DNA of 64,000 bases from Octopus sinensis (taxonomy: Eukaryota), in the NCBI RefSeq assembly GCF_006345805.1, contig NC_043005.1:52700001-52764000 (forward strand), read 5' to 3'. Positions 55,915 through 64,000 of the stretch are shown here, piece after piece. The position numbers and the translations under genes were made by a program. How positions within the stretch are numbered: the stretch's first letter is position 1; each line of letters begins with the position of its first letter. Under the pieces are notes generated by a model. The model saw nothing but the letters and a program-made list of their open reading frames with translations. It ran no database searches and was not told where the DNA came from.

Positions 55915-57108
55915 ACACATATATATATAATGTGTGCATTACGTAGTCGGTCGATTCAGCTGAAAACATGCACACCTATGTTAAAATTGCTGACAAGTTT
56001 GCATGACAACTATTTTGTTCCTCAAATGAAAGGCGTCACCTCTAGGACAAAATTCCTCATCTTATAAAATGTGGCCCCAGTAGACCCGAATGAAATCGGG
56101 TTATATTAACTAAAATGTGAAAAGGGGTCTAAATGGGGCTGGAAGGGGATTAAAATTTCAAGGAGCGGGTGTTTAGGATTTCTCTGTTACATCAAGCTAA
56201 AAGATTTGCGCCAGTCTTTTAATCGTCAATGTGTTGCCGTCCATGATAAAGAAGTTTTGAATGCTTGCCATGGTGAGTCTACTGTCGTGAGAAAGAATCA
56301 CTTCAAAACTTGGTGTTTACGAATTTTCTTTCACATCAAGTTCAAAATTTTACGCCAGCCGTTAAACTGTCACTACGTGTCTGTCCGCCAGCCATGGTGA
56401 CTCTACTATCCTCAGATTCTATCCCTTCAAACTTTGGTTTCCAATATTTTATTATTTTCATTCAGCTCGCAAGTTCGTCTGTCCCTTTTGAATGTTAGCG
56501 TTTTGCTGTCTGCCTTGAAGCAGACCTTTCCATTGCCACTGCCTCATATTTCTGATTGATCTTTCTAAATATTTTATTTCTCAACAAACTCAAGATCTTC
56601 TGTTGTTTTCAAATGGGAGAGAGATAGATAAAGATAGAGAGTAAGAGAAAGCGGGGGAGAGTCCGAGAAAAAATAAAAGTAAGAGAGTGGGAAAGTGAGA
56701 GAGAACGGAGAGAGAAACAAATACGGAGAATCATCATCATCATCATCGTTTAACGTCCGTTTTCCGTGCTAGCACGGGTTGGGCAGTGTGACCGGGGTCT
56801 CGGAAGCCAGGAGGCTGCACCAGGCTCCAGTCTGATCTGGCAGTGTTTCTACAGGTGGATGACCTTCCTAACGCCAACCACTCAGTGAGTGTAGTGAGTG
56901 CTCTTTTCGTGCCGCCGGCCCTGGTGCTAGGGGGGCTCGCAGTGGCAACGATCGGTTGGTGCTTTTTACGTGCCACCGGCACAGAAGCAAGTCAAGGCGG
57001 TGCTGCAATCGGCCACGTTCGGATGGTGCTTTTTACGTGCTGAAAGGAAGCAACAGAAAGTAACACCCACACTCTTACCCGCGCGTAGAGCGGGTCACCT
57101 TCAGCTAG
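55915..57108 (+). mobile_element. Paralog of 52320-53532 Helitron-like element
   Basis: Same hairpin (57077-57095) and CTAG (57105-57108). Confidence 0.55.
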
Positions 57109-57401
57109 TATATATATATTTCTATATAACAGGAAGGTTTACCAAAATAAACAAGAGACGAAGGCAGGTTTACGAAAATGAACAAGAGACGAAGGCGGGT
57201 GGAATACAAACAAACAATTGCATTAGAATGGCGCTCAGGAGTAGAAATAAAACAAGTCTTTTACGTTTCCACCCTACGCTCTACGACAGAAAGATACACA
57301 AAAAAGAAACAAGTGGAGAAACAAGGAGAGAAAAAAATGCGTGCAGGAGCTAACGATTCAACATGGCGTTCTGATTTCAGCCAGGGGTCAGACATCAAAC
57401 G

Positions 57402-57468
<67 letters not shown>

Positions 57469-57533
57469 CATATATATATATTTATATATATATATATAAC
57501 ATATATTATATATATAACATATATATATATATA

Positions 57534-57567
<34 letters not shown>

Positions 57568-57620
57568 CATATATATATATATATATACATATATTTATAT
57601 ATATAACATATATATATATA

Positions 57621-57671
<51 letters not shown>

Positions 57672-57675
57672 TATA

Positions 57676-58349
57676 AATAAATGGAGTTGAACGAAGATGT
57701 TAACAAAATTCCTTTACTCTCCCCTTGTTAAAAGCTGGCAATAAAGAGAAAGTGTCATTCATCGATTCTGTGCATTCTAGACCTACATCTGCTTCTCCAG
57801 ATAAAATAGATATTTTTAATAGGAAGTGTGATTATAATTCTAATAGTATAAGCAGCCCAATACGTAATATAAATTCTTTACGGACCAGGGGAGGTAAGCG
57901 ACATTTAACCCCAAATCTCCAAACCAGAAATTTTACCCCTACCTTTACAAGTAACTCTACGTACAATTCAATAGTCACTAAGAATAGTATCTGGTTCGTA
58001 ATCCCTTACGGAAAACAAATTAAATCGAACCTTCCCTTGCAGTTCCGTGAAGCTGTTTCTAGGAACTTTCCCAAAAATTCTAGATATTATTCTATTATCA
58101 ATTCCCACATAGTTAGAATCGCTTTCTCTAACACTAGAATCTTTCACAAATTATATCTTCTCACAATACCAATCTGCAAAATAAAGGTTCTTCACCCGAG
58201 AGTTCCAGTAGCCGTCATGCTAATTCTAACCCCCCATACAATTATAATAATAAGAATAGTATTAATAATAATAGTAATGGTAATAGTGATGGTGATAACA
58301 ATGATAACAATAATAATAGTAATAGTCGTGTTAATAACAATGGTAATGT

Positions 58350-58430
<81 letters not shown>

Positions 58431-59455
58431 TAATAACGGTATTATTGTTGATAGTATTATTAGTTGTATTAACAATAATAATGCTAATAATAGCAATAAA
58501 ACTTCGTTTCGATCTCGGAGGGCAACACGAACGGAATTAATACTATCCCTAAATGATGAATAATGGTTTGAAATTCTCTTGGATAACTGGGAAGTGGACG
58601 CACTTATATAGAAGAAGACATCGGTACCGGGAGAAATTTTACACTGGTATATAGAATTCCTGATCTTAGAATTATTAGACAAAAATTTAAGACGCCAAAC
58701 TAATTTACTTAGCCCTGTAGGATGTCGTTTTTTACTATCCCTAAATGATGAATAATGGTTTGAAATTCTCTTGGATAACTGGGAAGTGGACGCACTTATA
58801 TAGAAGAAGAAATCCTACAGGGCTAAGTAAATTAGTTTGGCGTCTTAAAGACAACAATATAGTTTTTAATTTAAATTGGTGCATAATGTCTTTATCCTTT
58901 CCTTTCGATAAGGGCAGGAGATTTTGTAACATTTGCAACTCTGAACTCTTCCATATTCTCTTCTCTAAGAATCCCATTTTAAACACACTTGTACAGAAAT
59001 CGTATAAATGTAAACACTGGCAGAAACATACCTTTAACTCGTATAAATGATTTCGATATTCATTATAGTTTGAATAAATAGTTTAACGTGCACTCCACTA
59101 CAATAGAGAAATTCTTTCCTAAGCCTATAGGACATTCTTTTAATCAACGTACCCCTCCCTCTCTATTTGTTCCCCACTTATTATTCCTTTAACCCTTCTC
59201 TTCTTACTATCTACCTTTGACGTCAATTCTACTAACGGGTTTTTAAAATACTTAATAACGTTCTGTTTATCATGTAGGCAGTCATCGTAATTGTTATAAT
59301 GTTTTGTTGTTGAAAGAGGCTCTCTTTCTTTCCTGATGAGAAAATTACATCTTACACCGTTTATTCTTTTGGAATAAAACCATGTTGTCTTCGAAACATA
59401 TGTCGAAAGTAAAAGGAATTTTATTAACATCTTCGTTCAACTCCATTTATTTATT
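57676..59455 (+). mobile_element. Penelope-like element, copy 2 (internally rearranged)
   Basis: Paralog of 44641-46620; contains the 57725-58540 ORF. Confidence 0.85.
59328..59409 (+). ncRNA. Hammerhead ribozyme H3, copy 2
   Basis: CTTTC-CTGATGA-GAAAA...TCTTC-GAAA-CATATG-TC-GAAAG; predicted cleavage after 59404. Confidence 0.8.
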
Positions 59456-59712
59456 TATTCATATATAACACACAATTTTCTGCACATGAAACCAGAGTTT
59501 CTACCTTTGGATAGGTCGCTTCAACCGTATTTCTTACGTGAATTTGCTACCCTGGTAACGGTTCATCGAATTTCCCATGTTGACGGTAAACATAGGATAA
59601 TTCATTCACCTATCGAAATATATATATATATATATTGATTGATTCTAGTTTTAGCTCATGAGCTGTGACCATGCTAGGGCACCGCCATTTGGTGTTGCTA
59701 CATGGTTTTACT

Positions 59713-60056
59713 TCACGAATGCTTTTTAGCAACTGCCATTTGGTGCATGAGAGAGTTCGATGCAGCTGCCCTCATCTGCACCTCCTGCCGTGAAGTTGGT
59801 TCATCTGGGATACCTGACAAGAAGAGATCCAGTTTCCTTTTAAAGACATCTGCATCCACCCCATGCAGGTCTCTTAGATTCTTCGGGAGTATATTGAAGA
59901 GCTGTGGGCCTCGGAAGCCCAGGCTATCACAGTATCTTGTCCTACATCTTGATGGCAAATTTGGAGTCCTAGGCACCACGCAGTGGCGCCCAGTTTTGGC
60001 ATTTGTGTAACTCTCGATGCCAAAGTTTGGGACAAGTCCCTCCAGGATATTATATA
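59713..60056 (-). mobile_element. CR1/L2-type LINE 3' fragment, copy 2
   Basis: RGPQLFNILPKNLR...KRKLDLFLSGIPDEP. Confidence 0.85.
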
Positions 60057-60076
60057 TATTATATATATATATAATA

Positions 60077-60650
60077 TTGGGCCATATCGTGGATAATGCG
60101 GTTTTTCCATACTTATTTTTGCAAAATTACGAAAAAACATATTTATTTTTTAAAATTCTAAAATATACTCTCCTTCTACATTGTTCTTCTGTCTCTCTGG
60201 TAGACTTACAAGGTCCCACTTCCAAAATTCACTTGTCCGTGACAAAAAATACTCTTCATGTACTGTTCTGACTTCATCTACAGAATTTATATTTTAACCG
60301 TCGAAATGATTTTGAAGACTTCGGAATAAGCAATAATCAGATGGGGCAATGCCTGGCGATTATGGTGGGTGGGGCATCGTTTCTCATTCAAACTGCTCCA
60401 GCCTTTGGAATGTCACTCTCGCTGTATATGGCCGAGAATTATCCGGATGGAGGAACACCTTTTGTCTTGAAACCATTTTCTGATAGCGCTGGTGTCGATG
60501 AACCGATGAATGATCAATCAATATGACGTAATCTATATGACCCTTGGCTTAAATGGTAGAGCACTCGAACCAGATATCGGAGGAGTGGTCGATCCTCATG
60601 GCTGGTTGAAGCCAAAATATTTTCTGCTCTTAAATGGATTTTATCCTTTA
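60077..60650 (-). pseudogene. Mariner remnant, copy 2
   Basis: Paralog of 47238-47810. Confidence 0.88.
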
Positions 60651-63473
60651 TATACACAGTGTGTGTGTATTTATACATGCATATGCATATTTGAACATGC
60701 GCTTCAGAGAGAGGATGCACGTACATGTATGCATTTATATGTACATTATATATATATATATGTGTGTTTGTGTATATGTGTGTGTGTGCGTACATGTCTA
60801 TGCATATATGTATACATATATATATATATATATATGCACACACACGTATATATATATACACACACACATATGTATATATCAACATACATATCCATATATG
60901 AATATATATGTGTATATTTATGCATATATGCATATCTTTGCATTATTTATATGTGTGTGCATGCACGTGCGTGTGTGTCTGTGTGTGTGAGTTAGCATGT
61001 GTTTGTGTGTGTGTGACGATATCACTATTTATGAACGTATGCATATCGAAATGGCGAGGGAATACTCGTACAATGAACACCAGATTAATGCTCGTAAAAG
61101 TTCAGAACATTTCAAATCCAGTTTCTTAATAAGGGACTTTTTCCCCCTGGAACAAGAGCTGGATATAAGAACTGTACACTTCGAAAGTATGGCATTATGT
61201 ATCATCGATATTATTAATAAGATGGTTGTATAACCATTAAGAGAAATTTCATTAGCAATGCATAAATATATTCCTAGATCGTTTTGTACGTCTGTGTGAA
61301 CAAATCCAGTGACTATTTGACACGAAAATATCGATACAGAAAATATCGATACAGAAAATATCTATCAAGCAGTAATCATAAAGAACAAATTAGCAAAAAA
61401 ACACAATATATGGAAGCTTTTAGATTTGAAGAGACGATTGTTTTGTGCAGAAGGAATTGGAAAATTCGGTTTACGTAGTTTAAATGCATGATAAGACGGT
61501 GAACTAGCAGCATCGATAGCGGTGCAAGCAAATTGCTTAGCGAAATTTTGTTCGTCCTTCCTTTCTGCGTTCGAATCCCGTCGAGAAATAGGAAACAATG
61601 AAAGAATAACGAAAATAACAAAGAATAAACAAAAACAAAAACTGAGGAAAAACGAAATGAGACCAGAATCAGGGTGTGTGTGTGTGTGCGAATATATATA
61701 TATATATTTCTTTACTACCCACAAGTGGCTAAACACAGGGGGGGGGATACAAGGACAGACAAAAGGATTAAGTCGATTATATCGACCCCATTGCGCAACT
61801 GGTACTTATTTAATCGACCAGAAAGGATGAAAGGCAAAGTCGACCTCGGCGGAATTTGAACTCAGAACGTAACAGCAGACGAAATACGACTACGCACTTC
61901 GCCCGGCGTACTAACGTTTCTGCCAGCTCGCCGCCTTTTTATAATATATATAATTATATATATATATAATTATATATATATAATTATATATATACACAGG
62001 GTGCAGCAGTCCTTTTTGCATTTAATAACTTTTACAGTATACTAGTGTTTATTAAGTAATTTTTTTATGGAACATAAATTTACTGCATTAGTTAAAGAAA
62101 CAAATAATTAACTTATGAAGAAATCGCAAAACTTTTGGGAATTTAAGTATTGATCCATCAAAACAATATGATTCAACATAAAAGGGTGTTACTTCAGCCG
62201 CACATTGTATATATGTGTTGTGGGTGTGTGTGTGTTTTCACATGCATATCTTTCTATATATGTAGACATGTATTTATGTATAGAAAGATTCGATGGACAG
62301 ATAGAGAGAAAGAGATAGGGAGAGAGAGAGATTAATAATTCATGTATATTTATGGGTGCATAGAAATGCTAAATCTTAAAAGAAATATTAACAAATTTAC
62401 CTCTATAATGCCGGCCCCAAATATGACTTTGATTTTCACTTTTTACCAAAATTAAATAAAGTTTCGCCACTTATGTGAATATTCTGTTATTCAGGTAATT
62501 CTACTGTCTTCCTTCGCAGCTTGTATCGGATAAGTATACTGACTGAACTACCCAGTTGTTTTAACTCTCTAAATGCATTTTTTTTAAACGACACCGTCAA
62601 TTTTTTGTTTCTGTTGATTCTTGTGACTGGCTACACTCGTTTTCTATCCGGAACATAAATCCGTTTTCCAACACTTCACATCTGTTGTCGAAGTGGTTGC
62701 AGAGCAACACGATATTAAGTGGTTTGCATAACACAACATACCGTTCCAGGAATTGAAACCGAGATACCGTTATTAGCGACATTTCGTTCGTCTTTCCTTT
62801 CTGCGTTCGAATCCCGCCGAGAAAACAAAAACTGAGAAAAAACAAAATGAGACCAGAATCAGGGTGTGTGTGTGTGTGCGAATATTAAAGCCCTCAATGT
62901 TGGTTTCCTTGTCCTGTTTTTATGCTTTATGTGTACTGTATTTTTATTTGTATTGCTTTTACGTCCTGTTCTTGTCACTTCTATTCTTTTTTTACCGCTC
63001 TGCAAAAGGAATTTTATTTAATTCCTTCTGAAGGAAGGATTGCTTCGGCGGATCGTGTTCTGCCCTTACCTTCGAGCTGGCAGAAACGTTAGCACGCCGA
63101 GCGAAATGCGCCATGTCATGCGCCCTCAAAAGCAATCAAATTACCAAAACTTTATTTGTCATATGTCCTGGCAACACCCAGAGAATATTCTTATCTACTT
63201 GACGCTTTTCTAAAATAAACGCCATTGTTTTTATCGATTATTGGGATGGCGATATCTGCTCAAAGACACGACCTCATCTCTCTAGTTACTAAAATGCAAA
63301 CCCGACGAATTTTTATGGTTTCCTAGAAAAGATTAAAGAGTCGGTTCTAAATGATGTTTGTTGTTCACTGATTACATGACGATGGTCAGTGGCGTTTCAG
63401 TCGTGATCATCCCGTCGATTTACTTATATTCCAGTGGGTGATGTGTTCTGTCGTAGTTAAAACGATAGATTGA

Positions 63474-63638
63474 TAGGCGCAGTAGTGGCTGTGTGGTAAG
63501 TAGATTGCTAATCAACCACAGGGTTCCGGGTTCAGTACCACTGCGTGGCATCTTGGGCAAGTGTCTTCTGCTATAGCCTCGGGCCGACCAATGCCTTGTG
63601 AGTGGATTTGGTAGACGGAAACTGAAAGAAGCCCGTCG

Positions 63639-63675
<37 letters not shown>

Positions 63676-63843
63676 ATGTGTTTGTTCTGTGTTTGTCCCC
63701 CTAGCATTGCTTGACAACCGATGCTGGTGTGTTTACGTCCCCGTCACTTAGCGGTTCGGCAAAAGAAACCGATAGAATAAGTCCTGGCGGTGCAAGGCAT
63801 GGCCGCAGTCAAATGACTGAAACAAGTAAAAGAGTAAAGAGAG
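63474..63843 (+). mobile_element. SINE family A present only in copy A'
   Basis: Head and internally deleted tail; absent at paralogous site near 50665. Confidence 0.88.
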
Positions 63844-64000
63844 TGGAAGTTGGCTATTATTCCTTAACATTGTTTCAAATGCTTACGATAAGGCTGATAG
63901 CGCAAATGATCGATTGATGGACATTCATTAGTCCTGAAACCCTCATCTGCAAACATTATTGGAATGTACCACATGGAGTGGATGATAATTTTCATAGATC

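Larger units (their letters stand above)
57128..64000 (+). repeat. Segmental duplication, copy A'
   Basis: Collinear with 44308-50830; continues past the window edge. Confidence 0.95.

Noticed and set aside
57725-58540. 271-aa ORF as a novel membrane protein
   Set aside because: PLE linker remnant read through an (AAT)n tract; the paralog has a stop.

Overview
AT-rich eukaryotic intronic/intergenic DNA, dense in microsatellites, with one 100-N gap (42340-42439). The SINE families and repeat style point to an octopod (coleoid cephalopod) genome; this is an inference. No complete protein-coding gene is present and almost all supplied ORFs are simple-repeat artefacts. The window holds many tRNA-derived SINEs, non-autonomous Helitrons, MITEs, a 5S rRNA pseudogene, and decayed CR1/L2-, RTE-, L1/Tx1-, Tc1/mariner- and Penelope-like (PLE) fragments. 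A few phase-compatible + strand exons of an unidentified gene are possible. The most notable signal is at least four distinct families of minimal type-I hammerhead ribozymes (HHR), three in PLE-like settings, each with a different palindromic stem III. One family shows a consistently non-canonical core (CUGUNGA+A). One PLE has a 5' inverted repeat ending at the predicted ribozyme cleavage site. The right third is a diverged segmental duplication (about 44.3-50.8 kb vs 57.1-64 kb). It encloses a duplicated Helitron cluster and carries copy-specific insertions and a template-switch rearrangement. All alignments and coordinates were read by eye; repeat boundaries are approximate.
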